A stretch of 57,951 nt of DNA, taken from the IMG/VR virus record IMGVR_UViG_3300002231_000541, positions 62,001 through 119,951 of that record; one strand, written 5' to 3'. Shown piece after piece: positions 21,681 through 31,608 of the stretch. The notes below the pieces were generated by a model that had not been told where the DNA came from, did not search any database, and saw nothing but the letters and a program-made list of their open reading frames with translations. The position numbers were made by a program, and so were the translations under genes. The DNA comes from an uncultured virus (IMG/VR IMGVR_UViG_3300002231_000541). Its lineage: Duplodnaviria > Heunggongvirae > Uroviricota > Caudoviricetes. Positions within the stretch are counted from its first letter, which is position 1, and each line of letters opens with the position of its first letter.

Positions 21681-23270
21681 ATGTCATATAAATTATCCAA
21701 AAAGCAGATTGTAGCAGAAATCTTAAAGTGCGGTAAGGATCCGGTATATTTTACGAATAACTATGCCAGGATTTCTCACCCCATTAAGGGGCTCATTCCC
21801 TTTAAGACTTATCCATACCAGGCCGACCTGTTAACAGATTTTAATGATTACCGATTTAACGTCATTCTTAAGGCGCGCCAGTTAGGGATTTCTACTATTG
21901 CAGCAGGCTATATTGTTTGGCTCATGCTATTTTATAGAGATAAAAATATCCTTGTTATGGCAACAAAGTTTGCTACAGCTGCAAACTTAGTGAAAAAAGT
22001 AAAAGCAATTATGAAAAACTTGCCAGAATGGCTTGTTTTGGCAGAAATTTCTATTGACAATCGAGCCTCTTTCGAACTATCTAACGGATCCCAGATTAAA
22101 GCAGCGTCCACTTCAGGCGATGCTGGTCGTTCGGAAGCCTTGTCTTTACTGGTACTCGACGAGGCCGCACATATTGAAAATTTAGATGACTTGTGGGCGG
22201 GCCTTTATCCTACTATCTCTACAGGTGGTCGATGCATCGCTCTAAGTACTCCGAATGGTGTAGGAAACTGGTTTCACAAGACTTACGCTGAAGCGGATGA
22301 GGGGGCGAATGATTTCCACCCGATCGTTCTGCCATGGGACGTCCATCCTGACAGAGATCAACAATGGTTTGAAAAAGAAACTCGTAATATGTCCCGCCGC
22401 GAGATTGCGCAAGAACTAGAATGTAACTTTAACACGTCGGGAGAGAGCGTAATCCATCCGGAAGACATTGCCTGGGTAGAATCTATTGTTTGTGAGCCCA
22501 AACAGCGCGCCGGATTCGATAGAAATATGTGGATTTGGGAAGACCACAGTCCCGAATTCTCTTACTTACTAGTGGCTGACGTCGCACGGGGTGACGGGGC
22601 TGACTTTTCTGTATTTCATATTATCAAACTGGAAACCATGGAAGTGGTTGCAGAATATCAGGGAAAGCCAAGCTTAGATATGTACGCAACGGTGCTGCAG
22701 CAGGCTGGCAAACAATATGGAAATTGTTTATTGGTGGTAGAAAATGTTGGAATTGGAATATCTGTACTGGAAAAGCTTATTGACTTGGATTACCCAAACT
22801 TATATTATTCCATAAAAAGTACACACGAATATATAGAGAGTTATCAGGGCGCCACTCATAGCGGCGCAGTTCCGGGTTTTACGACTTCTTCGAAAACACG
22901 TCCACTTATTGTTGCAAAATTAGAAGAATTCATCAGAAACAGACTAATTAAAGTATATTCGGTCCGTTTTTCGAATGAATTGCGTACCTTTATTTGGCAT
23001 AATGGCAAACCCCAAGCCATGAGGGGATATAATGATGATTTAACAATGGCTCTGGCTATAGCATGCTGGATTAGGGACACTGCCTTGACGGTAAGCACCC
23101 GAGAAGTGGAATATAAAAAAGCATGCTTAAATTCAATAGTGAAAGTCGACACTCGAATCAGTACAACTATTCCAGGGATGACCAATCATGACAGAAAAAA
23201 AGCTTTAGACGAAAAAATGTTTCAAGCCCAGGATGATTTTTCAAAATATTCTTGGCTAATAAAAGGATAA
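21681..23270 (+). CDS. terL: Terminase large subunit (T4 gp17-like)
   Basis: YPYQ adenine motif, Walker A LKARQLGIST, Walker B LLVLDEAAH, STPNG, nuclease ADVARGDGADFS and NDDL. Confidence 0.95.
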   Translation: MSYKLSKKQIVAEILKCGKDPVYFTNNYARISHPIKGLIPFKTYPYQADLLTDFNDYRFNVILKARQLGISTIAAGYIVWLMLFYRDKNILVMATKFATAANLVKKVKAIMKNLPEWLVLAEISIDNRASFELSNGSQIKAASTSGDAGRSEALSLLVLDEAAHIENLDDLWAGLYPTISTGGRCIALSTPNGVGNWFHKTYAEADEGANDFHPIVLPWDVHPDRDQQWFEKETRNMSRREIAQELECNFNTSGESVIHPEDIAWVESIVCEPKQRAGFDRNMWIWEDHSPEFSYLLVADVARGDGADFSVFHIIKLETMEVVAEYQGKPSLDMYATVLQQAGKQYGNCLLVVENVGIGISVLEKLIDLDYPNLYYSIKSTHEYIESYQGATHSGAVPGFTTSSKTRPLIVAKLEEFIRNRLIKVYSVRFSNELRTFIWHNGKPQAMRGYNDDLTMALAIACWIRDTALTVSTREVEYKKACLNSIVKVDTRISTTIPGMTNHDRKKALDEKMFQAQDDFSKYSWLIKG

Positions 23271-23273
23271 GAA

Positions 23274-25259
23274 ATGGCAGATAGAACAAAGAACCCCAAT
23301 AACCCCCAATCTGAATTATTTAGAAGACTGACTCGACTCTTTTCTGGGCCCATTATTAATTGGAGAACCCAGCAAAATAGAAAGATTCGCCGAACGGCCT
23401 TGGACAAGTACGCCACACAATTTAAGTCCGCATCAGGACAGCAATTTAAAAAAGCAGAATATAGTCCTTTTGATGTGATGCATTCTAAAATTATGGCTCA
23501 ACAAAACCGCGCAGAGCGCTATGTTGACTACGAGCAGATGGAATATATGCCAGAAATTGCTTCTGCCATGGATATTTACGCAGATGAGATGACGACACAT
23601 TCGGCTTTAAGTCCCATGCTTAACATTGAATGTCCCAATGAGGAAATCAAGGCCGTGCTTCACTCTCTCTACAGCAATGTGCTCAATTTGGAGCACAACC
23701 TTTTTGGATGGTGTCGGTCGATGTGCAAATTTGGAGATTTTCTGCTCTATCTTGACATTGACGATCGCCTGGGAATCAAATCTGTCGTCTCCCTACCTTT
23801 AAGAGAGGTAGAGCGCCTAGAAGGCGAAGATCCCACAAACCCCAACTACATACAGTTCCAGTGGAACTCCGCTGGTATGACTTTTGAAAATTGGCAAGTC
23901 GCCCATTTCCGTATTTTAGGTAATGACAAGTACGCCCCTTATGGCACTTCCGTTTTAGATGCCTCTCGGCGTATTTATCGACAGCTAGTGCTCATGGAAG
24001 ATGCTATGATGGCCTACAGAATCGTGCGCTCAAGCGAACGACGCGTCTTTTATATTGATGTGGGTAATATTGCCCCTACAGACGTCGAACAATTTGTACA
24101 GAAGACTATTACTTCGATGAAGCGAAACCAAGTGGTTGATGCTAATACTGGTCGTGTAGATCTCCGCTACAATCCCCTATCTGTAGAAGAAGATTATTTC
24201 ATTCCCACTCGTGGAGGAGAGACTTCTAAAATCGAAACGCTACCAGGTGGAAACTTTACTGGCGACATTGACGATGTTAAATATTTGCGCGATAAAATGT
24301 TCGCGGCCTTAAAGATCCCGCCCGCATATCTCTCCAGCGACTCGGAAGTTACAGAAGATAAGACCACTTTAGCACAAAAGGACGTGCGCTTTGCACGAAC
24401 AATTCAACGTCTGCAACGCGCCGTAGTGACAGAGCTGGAAAAGATTGGCATTATTCACCTTTATACTCTGGGATTCCGAGGCGATGACTTGGTAAGCTTT
24501 AGGTTGAAATTGAATAACCCGTCGAAGATTGCAGAACTCCAAGACTTGGAGGAGTGGAAGACTCGCTTTGAAATCGCTTCTGGTGCTACTGAAAACTTCT
24601 TTTCTAGAAGGTGGATATCTCAAAACATTTTTAACCTTTCGGAAGAGGAATTTGTTAGAAATCAGAGGGAAATGTTCCATGACCGCAAATTTGAATCTGA
24701 ATTAAATGCAACCGCCGAAGCAGCTGCCGAAGAAGCAGCCTCCGCCCTTGGAATGGGTGGCGATGATCAATTCGCAGACTTGGAAGCAGGGGGTAGAAAC
24801 AGAAGTATTTTGATGCCGGCGCCGACGATTCCTCCCCCGGAAGATACCGGTGGAGCAGAACCCATTGATGATGTTGGTGATGCCGACGAGGGCCCTCTTT
24901 TAGATTTCCCCGCCGCCAAACGCGATGACACTGGCCGAGACGAAAGAGGCCGCCGCACAACAGCCAACTCCCAGACAGCACGCGCCAAAGGAAAGAAGCA
25001 TGTCTCTACATCTCGTCGAGGTGGAGATGGGCGAAATGGCCGCATTCAAAATTACGCAGCTATGGCAATCCCCAAGCCAAAAGACATTATCCCAGGGCTG
25101 TCAGATTTAAAAAGCTATTCTCGTGGTATTTATGAAGATAAGCAAACTAATTACAATAACGAAGAAAATCTCTTATTCGAAGTAAAATCTGAAGTTAGGA
25201 ACTTAATTGGCGAACTAGAGAAAGCGGAGATAAAAATAAATGAAGATGAAACACAATAA
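23274..25259 (+). CDS. Portal protein (T4 gp20-like)
   Basis: PEIASAMDIYADE, PYGTSVL, LMEDAMMAYRIVRSSERRVFYIDVGN, EDYFIPTRG, IETLPGG, DDVKYLRDKMFAALKIP; directly after terminase. Confidence 0.93.
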   Translation: MADRTKNPNNPQSELFRRLTRLFSGPIINWRTQQNRKIRRTALDKYATQFKSASGQQFKKAEYSPFDVMHSKIMAQQNRAERYVDYEQMEYMPEIASAMDIYADEMTTHSALSPMLNIECPNEEIKAVLHSLYSNVLNLEHNLFGWCRSMCKFGDFLLYLDIDDRLGIKSVVSLPLREVERLEGEDPTNPNYIQFQWNSAGMTFENWQVAHFRILGNDKYAPYGTSVLDASRRIYRQLVLMEDAMMAYRIVRSSERRVFYIDVGNIAPTDVEQFVQKTITSMKRNQVVDANTGRVDLRYNPLSVEEDYFIPTRGGETSKIETLPGGNFTGDIDDVKYLRDKMFAALKIPPAYLSSDSEVTEDKTTLAQKDVRFARTIQRLQRAVVTELEKIGIIHLYTLGFRGDDLVSFRLKLNNPSKIAELQDLEEWKTRFEIASGATENFFSRRWISQNIFNLSEEEFVRNQREMFHDRKFESELNATAEAAAEEAASALGMGGDDQFADLEAGGRNRSILMPAPTIPPPEDTGGAEPIDDVGDADEGPLLDFPAAKRDDTGRDERGRRTTANSQTARAKGKKHVSTSRRGGDGRNGRIQNYAAMAIPKPKDIIPGLSDLKSYSRGIYEDKQTNYNNEENLLFEVKSEVRNLIGELEKAEIKINEDETQ

Positions 25260-26061
25260 AAAGCGCAACACAGCTTTTATTTTCGAGGTCTTGATTCGAG
25301 AGTTGACAAAAGCGATTTTAGAACAAGATGAGAAAAAGAAAAAGTATATTATCAGATTGGTAAAAGAAAATTTCAAAGGCAATACCTTGCTTTCTCGCGA
25401 TTTAGAGATCTATAAAATGGTACTCGACACAACAAATGTTGAAAGAATTGTCGCCGAAAAGCTCATTTACGAAGCGCGCATTTTAAAATCCTCAATTGAT
25501 CATCGCAAGCTGTTCCACGAACAAGGAGCGATTATTGAGACAATTAATAAAACTCTTTCTCCGGGCGTTTTTAATAATTTTGTCCCCAATTACAAAGACT
25601 TGGCAACAGTGTTCCAGATTTTTCACCCTAAAACACGCGCTAAAGAGAGGGTACTATTAGAAAGTCAAGTGGTGGAAAAAATGCTCTCCGAAGAAGAGAG
25701 AAAGAAAGAGTTCCTTAAACCTATTGATAACCTGACTTATCGATCCTTCGTAAAGGCCTTTAATGAAAAATATAATGAGGCCTTACTAAAAGAGCAGAAA
25801 GACTTATTAAAGGTTTATATCAACTCCTTTTCAGATAATGGCATCGATTTAAAAATCTTTTTGAATGAGGAGATTCCCCGACTCCAACAGGCGGTGGAAA
25901 AATCCCAAAATCTTACCGAAGTCAAAAGTGATGAGCAGATGCTGACATCAACTAACGCAGTCCTCGAAATGATTGACCAATTGAAAAGCCGAGAAATAGA
26001 CCAACAATATATTCACGAAATATTAAAGCTTCAGAATCTTGTAAAGGAGATTGAAGAATAA
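25240..26061 (+). CDS. Hypothetical head-module protein
   Basis: 273 aa helical ORF (MKHNKKRNTAFIFEVL) overlapping the portal 3' end. Confidence 0.65.
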   Translation: MKMKHNKKRNTAFIFEVLIRELTKAILEQDEKKKKYIIRLVKENFKGNTLLSRDLEIYKMVLDTTNVERIVAEKLIYEARILKSSIDHRKLFHEQGAIIETINKTLSPGVFNNFVPNYKDLATVFQIFHPKTRAKERVLLESQVVEKMLSEEERKKEFLKPIDNLTYRSFVKAFNEKYNEALLKEQKDLLKVYINSFSDNGIDLKIFLNEEIPRLQQAVEKSQNLTEVKSDEQMLTSTNAVLEMIDQLKSREIDQQYIHEILKLQNLVKEIEE

Positions 26062-26609
26062 TGGCCGATATCATTGTCACCGTAGGTGTGGAGCAAAAGA
26101 AAAGGATCAACCTCGAACTCCAGGCTCGCAAATCCCTAGACGGAAACATTCTTATTTTTGACCATAAAGAGATCGACATTGTGATCATGCCTTTAAAACG
26201 TAAGATTGTGACCTTCGCGAAGTCTGAAATTAACGACTCGGTATATGAGGTACAGAATCGCTTCTTTGATTTTTTAAAGCGCAAAGGCCTTGTGGAGTAT
26301 GAATCCATTCGAGGGGGAAATGTTTATGGATCTATTGAGGCCCTGATTTGCGAATCTTCAAATCCCGAAATCAATACCTATGATTACACTCTCTATGGGG
26401 TATATAACTTTCTCAAGGAAGAGACTCCATACTATGACTACATGGATGACTATGAAAAAATGCTTGATGATTATTTTGTAAGTCCGACTCAAGACGACTC
26501 TACGGAGCTAGGCGAAGTTCCTCAAGCCGTAGAGAAGGGTTCTATTCGCCCTGGATATAACCACGAGCCGTACTGGATGAGCTATATGCTTGAAGGAAAA
26601 GATAAATAA
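26061..26609 (+). CDS. Hypothetical protein
   Basis: 182 aa ORF, TAATG-coupled on both sides. Confidence 0.65.
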   Translation: MADIIVTVGVEQKKRINLELQARKSLDGNILIFDHKEIDIVIMPLKRKIVTFAKSEINDSVYEVQNRFFDFLKRKGLVEYESIRGGNVYGSIEALICESSNPEINTYDYTLYGVYNFLKEETPYYDYMDDYEKMLDDYFVSPTQDDSTELGEVPQAVEKGSIRPGYNHEPYWMSYMLEGKDK

Positions 26610-26911
26610 TGGAATTGGTTTATTTTATTTTAGCCGCTCACGGCTTGACACAACTCCTCTGCCATGGCCGCATTTTTAATAGAATTCGGCCCCGAGGCTA
26701 CTTCTGGTCATGTCCTATGTGCATGGGATTTTGGGTGGGCGTTCTTTTGTGCGCTTTAAATCCTTTGACGGAACTATTTATGTTTGAACTCACTATTATG
26801 AACTTGTTCATTTGTGGGTGGATCAGCTCGGGAACTTCATATATTTTAGATATGTTGTTTGGCGACTCGGGCCTTAAGATCGATACAAAAGGGGGGAGCT
26901 GCAATGTTTAG
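26609..26911 (+). CDS. Small membrane protein, DUF1360-like
   Basis: Hydrophobic helices with IFNRIR...CPMCMGFWVG (CxxCxxxW pattern). Confidence 0.55.
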   Translation: MELVYFILAAHGLTQLLCHGRIFNRIRPRGYFWSCPMCMGFWVGVLLCALNPLTELFMFELTIMNLFICGWISSGTSYILDMLFGDSGLKIDTKGGSCNV

Positions 26912-26957
26912 AAGATGGATGCTAAGAGGCGTAAGACGCTGTAAGAATGGTTGTTGA
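26904..26957 (+). CDS. Possible 17 aa basic micro-protein MFRRWMLRGVRRCKNGC
   Basis: GGGGAG SD upstream; fills the gap before the protease SD; too short for the ORF track. Confidence 0.35.
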   Translation: MFRRWMLRGVRRCKNGC

Positions 26958-26976
26958 CTACGCAGGAGAATAAGAA

Positions 26977-27594
26977 ATGTCAAAAGTTTTATTAAGAGAA
27001 TACTATGCTCTGTGTGAAGGTGGCGTTTGCCAAGATTTGCTCACCGAAGCCGAAAAAAGAGATATTAAAGAAAATAATGCCATGTATTTGACTGGCCTAA
27101 TGCAACAGGCGGACACAAGAAATGGAAACGGTAGAGTATATCCCCAGCGCGTCCTTATGCGCGAAATGGAGACATACAAAAAGCTAGTAAAAGAAAAGAG
27201 AGCACTTGGAGAACTGGATCACCCAGATGACTCTGTAATTAATTTAAAGAATGCCTCTCACATGGTGACGAATATTTGGGCAGACGGCCCAAAAGTTATG
27301 GGAACCGTTAAAGTCCTAAACACACCGGCCGGAAATATTCTCCGCTCCTTAGTGGATTCAGGAGTCCAACTAGGAATTTCTTCTCGCGGCCTTGGGTCTG
27401 TAACTGAAAGCATGACGGGCGGAGTGGTTGTTGAAGACGACTTTCAGCTTATCTGCTTTGATTTCGTTTCCGAGCCAAGTACACCAAATGCCTTTATGAA
27501 TTTGCAGGAAGGCAAACAGTACACAGAACCGAACATTTTTACCAAAGCCGACAAGATTAATCGAGCTTTGAATGACATTTTGAGGAAAAAATGA
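26977..27594 (+). CDS. Prohead core protease (T4 gp21-like)
   Basis: NGNGRVYP, ALGELDHP, ASH, LGISSRGLGS, FDFVSEPSTPNAF. Confidence 0.93.
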   Translation: MSKVLLREYYALCEGGVCQDLLTEAEKRDIKENNAMYLTGLMQQADTRNGNGRVYPQRVLMREMETYKKLVKEKRALGELDHPDDSVINLKNASHMVTNIWADGPKVMGTVKVLNTPAGNILRSLVDSGVQLGISSRGLGSVTESMTGGVVVEDDFQLICFDFVSEPSTPNAFMNLQEGKQYTEPNIFTKADKINRALNDILRKK

Positions 27595-28018
27595 AAAAAC
27601 AAGAACTACAAAAAGTTTTAAAACCACTCATCAANGAGTGTATCAAGGAAGTAATCTTTTGAAGAAGGAGTCTTGTCTAATCTTATCAAGGAGGTTGCAC
27701 AAGGCTTGGGAGCACAGCAAACACTTATCGAAAGTGCACCAACCCCGCCAGCTCAAGATTTCTCTCGACAACGAATCCAGGTTCAAGAAGAAGCGCAAGC
27801 AGCCCTAGAAGCTCGCAAAAGAAAGCTAGAGGAGTCTATTGGCGGCAAAATGTCAGGTATTTTTGAAGGTATAGAACCTTTAGTCCTCCGGGGGATCCCC
27901 AGGGTCGGATAGTTCACCATCGAGCCCTCTCTCAAATTATGCACCAAATGATCCCGGCGTGGATATTAGTGGCATCCTCGCCCTAGGCGGAAGCCACAAT
28001 TGGAAAAAAATGATCTAA
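27591..28018 (+). CDS. Hypothetical head-module protein broken by probable indel errors
   Basis: MKKQELQKVLKPLIxECIKEVIF continuing as EEGVLSNLIKEVAQG... and ending PNDPGVDISGILALGGSHNWKKMI; 'n' at 27635. Confidence 0.55.
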
Positions 28019-28036
28019 ATAAATATTGGAGTGATT

Positions 28037-28315
28037 ATGTCTAAAAGACCCGTGAACTTATCGGAAAGACCCCGAGGAAAGCACGATAACGAAGCAAGGA
28101 TGATCCGTAGGTTCATCAAAAAAATGAAAAAATATAGAATTCTCGATGATTATAGAGAGAGTTTGCGTTTTGAAAAGCCATCTCAAAAGCGCCGCCTAGC
28201 CGAAAAGAAAAGGCAAAAGGTGCTAGATAAATTAAAAGCCGAAGAAAAGAGGTACATGGAAGTAGATTTCGATAAGCTCCCGTCGCCAAAGAAAAAGAGA
28301 AAAAGAAGAAAATAG
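28037..28315 (+). CDS. rpsU: Phage-encoded ribosomal protein bS21 homolog
   Basis: ARMIRRFIKKMKKYRILDDYRESLRFEKPSQKRR matches the bS21 pattern (xxLRRFK+...IL...R...(Y/F)EKPSxxR+); small and very basic; GGAG SD. Confidence 0.8.
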   Translation: MSKRPVNLSERPRGKHDNEARMIRRFIKKMKKYRILDDYRESLRFEKPSQKRRLAEKKRQKVLDKLKAEEKRYMEVDFDKLPSPKKKRKRRK

Positions 28316-28325
28316 ATTTTTAAAA

Positions 28326-28333
28326 ACTATTTA
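28326..28333 (+). promoter_or_regulatory. Putative late promoter ACTATTTA
   Basis: Intergenic motif copy upstream of AGGAG and ATG 28361. Confidence 0.6.
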
Positions 28334-28360
28334 TAATGAAAAATAGGAGTCTTCTCAATA

Positions 28361-28744
28361 ATGTCAATTTACAATTACAGAGCAGGTTTAGGAAACACTG
28401 CATCTTATCAATCATCCGGTGCTCCTTTTGTGACAGGATCAACTTCGCTCTCGACTGTGAAGAAAATTAGTTTCCCCAGCGTAACTAAGGAAATCACCGC
28501 CACGGTGAGATCGACTACTGCAACGGACACGTTGGAGATATATTTTCACGAATCATCTCCCGCTACAAATCAATATTCTCTCAAAGTGGGTAGCGACTTA
28601 GTGAATACTGTCACTTTTAATGTCAAATGTAAGGAAATATATGTATCTTCCGGAAACGGGGTTGATTGGGATATCTTTGCATCCTTAACAGGTATTAAGC
28701 CAAAAGAGATGTATGATTTGACGGGCTCTGGAATCACTAAATAA
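28361..28744 (+). CDS. Small virion protein (possible head decoration)
   Basis: S/T/G-rich 127 aa beta-type ORF with its own late promoter, just upstream of scaffold and capsid. Confidence 0.5.
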   Translation: MSIYNYRAGLGNTASYQSSGAPFVTGSTSLSTVKKISFPSVTKEITATVRSTTATDTLEIYFHESSPATNQYSLKVGSDLVNTVTFNVKCKEIYVSSGNGVDWDIFASLTGIKPKEMYDLTGSGITK

Positions 28745-28794
28745 GCATTTATAAATTGGAATTTTACAAAATAGTTCTTTTTATGTTTTAGGAA

Positions 28795-28802
28795 ACTATT
28801 TA
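28795..28802 (+). promoter_or_regulatory. Putative late promoter ACTATTTA for scaffold-capsid
   Basis: Intergenic motif copy 30 nt before ATG 28832. Confidence 0.6.
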
Positions 28803-28831
28803 TTTTGAACCAATTTGTAAGGGGAACACTC

Positions 28832-29803
28832 ATGTCTTCACTGTTAGAACAGGCCATTGTAGATGCAGCTGCTTTAAAAGAAGCCGCTATCAAGAATGCC
28901 GAAACAGCTATTTTAAATAAATATTCAGATGATATCCGAGAGGCGGTCGAGAATCTATTGGAAGAAGAAATTCCAGAATCTCCGGAAACTCCAGATATCC
29001 CATTAGCGGCAGCACCACCAAGCGATGCTCCCGACGAAACAATCACTTTAAATTTCGATGACCTTAAAGAGATGGCCGAAACATTAGCCGCTCAAGATGA
29101 AGAGCTTATCGGAGATGAAATTGCACACGAAGCTGCAGCTCCCGAGGATCTAGGCCCTCCCCCTGCTCCGGCTAATCCCGAAGCAGAAGTCCCAGAGACC
29201 ACAGTACAAGTGGCACTGGAAGAAGAAATTGAGTCCGACGATTTGGAAAAGATGCTCGAAGAGTTGATTGTCGACATTATTCCTCAAAAGTCTGGATGGG
29301 AAGTAACCCCGGACGCAATTATGGATGACTATGAGCACCAAGCTATGGCCCACCGCGCCGCTACTGCTGCGAAGGAAAAGGCGATGGCCCTTATTGATGC
29401 AAATGAAAGATTAACAGAACAGGTTAGCGATTTAAAGCAAAAGAACAAAACTTTAATCGACTCTGTTCGAACACTAAAAGAGAATTTTGATAAAATCAAT
29501 CTATCTAATGCTAGATTGGTATACACGAACAAGATTTTGACTAATGGCTCCTTGAATGGGCAACAAAAAAATAAAATTGTAAACGCATTGTCAGAAGCAC
29601 GTTCGATCGAAGAAGCAAAGGTTATTTACGAGACTCTAGAAAACGCAGTGGGAAGTGTCACAGGTAAAGCACGTCCACAATCACTCCGTGAGACTCTAGA
29701 AAGGCCTTCTGCCACTTTACCTAGAAGAGCGGCTAGGGAAACTGTAGGTGCACCAGTGATGGACCGCATGCAGATTCTAGCCGGAATTAAGAAAAACACC
29801 TAA
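28832..29803 (+). CDS. Prohead scaffold/core protein (T4 gp22-like position)
   Basis: Acidic, coiled coil, many (L/I)xE sites, ends RMQILAGIKK; immediately upstream of the major capsid gene. Confidence 0.75.
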   Translation: MSSLLEQAIVDAAALKEAAIKNAETAILNKYSDDIREAVENLLEEEIPESPETPDIPLAAAPPSDAPDETITLNFDDLKEMAETLAAQDEELIGDEIAHEAAAPEDLGPPPAPANPEAEVPETTVQVALEEEIESDDLEKMLEELIVDIIPQKSGWEVTPDAIMDDYEHQAMAHRAATAAKEKAMALIDANERLTEQVSDLKQKNKTLIDSVRTLKENFDKINLSNARLVYTNKILTNGSLNGQQKNKIVNALSEARSIEEAKVIYETLENAVGSVTGKARPQSLRETLERPSATLPRRAARETVGAPVMDRMQILAGIKKNT

Positions 29804-29819
29804 AGGAGAATTATATATT

Positions 29820-31538
29820 ATGTCTATTCTTAATAAATTAACTGAAGGCATTGTTCGTAGAGATCTCTCCAAAGAAGGTCAAGCTCTTCTCACCAAGTGG
29901 GAAAAGACCGGTCTTCTTGAAGGTCTCACGGATGAGCGTACCAAGCACGGTATGGCAAGTCTTCTAGAAAATCAAGCAAAGGAACTCCTCCGCGAGTCTT
30001 CCTCTATGAGCGCTGGCGATGTCGAAGGTTTCGCTTCAGTTGCTTTCCCAATCGTTCGCCGTGTATTCGGTGGACTAATCGCAAACGATCTCGTTTCGGT
30101 TCAACCAATGAGCCTACCATCAGGCCTCATTTTCTTCCTNGACTTCACCCTTGACAGATCACGTCTCGGCTCAACGGCTGGCGATTCTGTATACGGCGGT
30201 GGCGTTGTCGGTGCACAAATCACTGGCGGTGTCTCCCTCGCAGGCCCAGGCGGAAACTCTGAAACAAGCTTCTACGCCTTGAACAACGGCTATTCAAGTC
30301 CGACTGGCTCTACACTTGTAGCCGCCTCTGGCTTGACTATTCGTGCAACGGGTACGGTTGGCGGTGACGGTTCGGACTGGACTCCAGGATGCGACATCGA
30401 CTCATTGGTCCGTTACGACCCAGATATCGCTTCTGGTACTTTTGCAGTTATCTCATCTCTTTCGGCTTCCTCTTTGGGTCAGCTAAATAGAAAAGACTAT
30501 GTTGGTATTACTGCACAGACTGCAGCAGGCGCAGGCAATCAATTGGCCGGCCAAGTTCGCCGTCTCACCGCAGACACTAACCTTGTTACTTTGACTTCGG
30601 GCTCAACTGCAGCTACTGATCAGCTTCAGATTGTTAACGTTAGTACCGTTTCTCAAGCACAAGCTGTTACGGACTGGGGCACTATCGCGGCCTTCACCTT
30701 CCCAATCGATGACGACTTCACGAACGCTGAAATCGGCGCCGTTGTTGGTGCACCTATTTGGGGCTTGGAAGGAAGCGTACAGATCCCAGAGATCGACATC
30801 AAGGTTGACTCTGTGTCTATCACAGCGAAGACCAAGAAGCTCAAGGCTAAGTGGACACCAGAATTGGCTCAAGACTTGAACGCATACCATAACTTGGATG
30901 CCGAAGTCGAGTTAACTTCTATCTTGTCCGAGCACATCGCTCTCGAAATCGACCAAGAAATCTTGGAAGACCTCGTGAAAGGTGCTACTGCTTCGACTCT
31001 TTACTGGTCACGCCTCCCAGGACGCTTCCTGGATCGCGCAACCGGTACTGCTGTTCCAGTCGTTGGCGCATCTCCAGACTTTACTGGTAATGTTTCTGAA
31101 TGGTATGAGACTCTTGTCGAAACCATTAACGACGTATCTGCACAGATTCACCGCAAGACTCTTCGCGGCGGAGCAAACTTCATCGTGTGTTCACCTGAAA
31201 TTGCAAACCTCCTTGAGTTTACTGCTGGTTTCCGTGGAAGCGTTACTCACGACGATGATCGTGGTACCGTGGGTGCAGTTAAGGTTGGTAACTTGAGCAA
31301 GAAGTTCGACGTTTACGTTGATCCTTACTTCCCAAGAAACGTAGTCTTGGCAGGTCGTAAAGGATCCTCTTTCCTTGAAAGCGGATATGTATACGCACCG
31401 TATGTGCCTCTCCAAATGACTCCTACCATCTTTGGTACAGAGGACTTCGTGCCTCGTAAAGGCGTCATGACTCGCTATGCAAAGAAGATGGTCCGTCCAG
31501 ATATGTATGGCCTCGTCATCGTTGAGGACCTCGTGTAG
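29820..31538 (+). CDS. Major capsid protein (T4 gp23-like)
   Basis: KWEKTGLLEG, LLENQ, VQPMSLPSGLIF, KLKAKWTPELAQDLNAYHNLDAE, EIDQEI, YAPYVPL, PRKGVMTRY. Confidence 0.96.
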   Translation: MSILNKLTEGIVRRDLSKEGQALLTKWEKTGLLEGLTDERTKHGMASLLENQAKELLRESSSMSAGDVEGFASVAFPIVRRVFGGLIANDLVSVQPMSLPSGLIFFXDFTLDRSRLGSTAGDSVYGGGVVGAQITGGVSLAGPGGNSETSFYALNNGYSSPTGSTLVAASGLTIRATGTVGGDGSDWTPGCDIDSLVRYDPDIASGTFAVISSLSASSLGQLNRKDYVGITAQTAAGAGNQLAGQVRRLTADTNLVTLTSGSTAATDQLQIVNVSTVSQAQAVTDWGTIAAFTFPIDDDFTNAEIGAVVGAPIWGLEGSVQIPEIDIKVDSVSITAKTKKLKAKWTPELAQDLNAYHNLDAEVELTSILSEHIALEIDQEILEDLVKGATASTLYWSRLPGRFLDRATGTAVPVVGASPDFTGNVSEWYETLVETINDVSAQIHRKTLRGGANFIVCSPEIANLLEFTAGFRGSVTHDDDRGTVGAVKVGNLSKKFDVYVDPYFPRNVVLAGRKGSSFLESGYVYAPYVPLQMTPTIFGTEDFVPRKGVMTRYAKKMVRPDMYGLVIVEDLV

Positions 31539-31568
31539 TCAAACACCGAGATTATCTCTAAAATTAAT

Positions 31569-31600
31569 GCCCTCCCACTTTTTGTGGGGGGGTTTTGTTT
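31569..31600 (+). terminator. Intrinsic terminator after major capsid gene
   Basis: GCCCTCCCAC-TTTTT-GTGGGGGGGT hairpin followed by TTTGTTT. Confidence 0.8.
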
Positions 31601-31608
31601 ATTTGGAA

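Noticed and set aside
26952..26975. TGT-TGA as a Cys-selenocysteine motif
   Set aside because: No SECIS-like hairpin is evident downstream, and read-through would run out of frame over the protease start.
21681..31538. Introns or inteins in terminase, portal or capsid
   Set aside because: The ORFs are continuous and of ordinary size, with no intein splice motifs or homing endonuclease seen.
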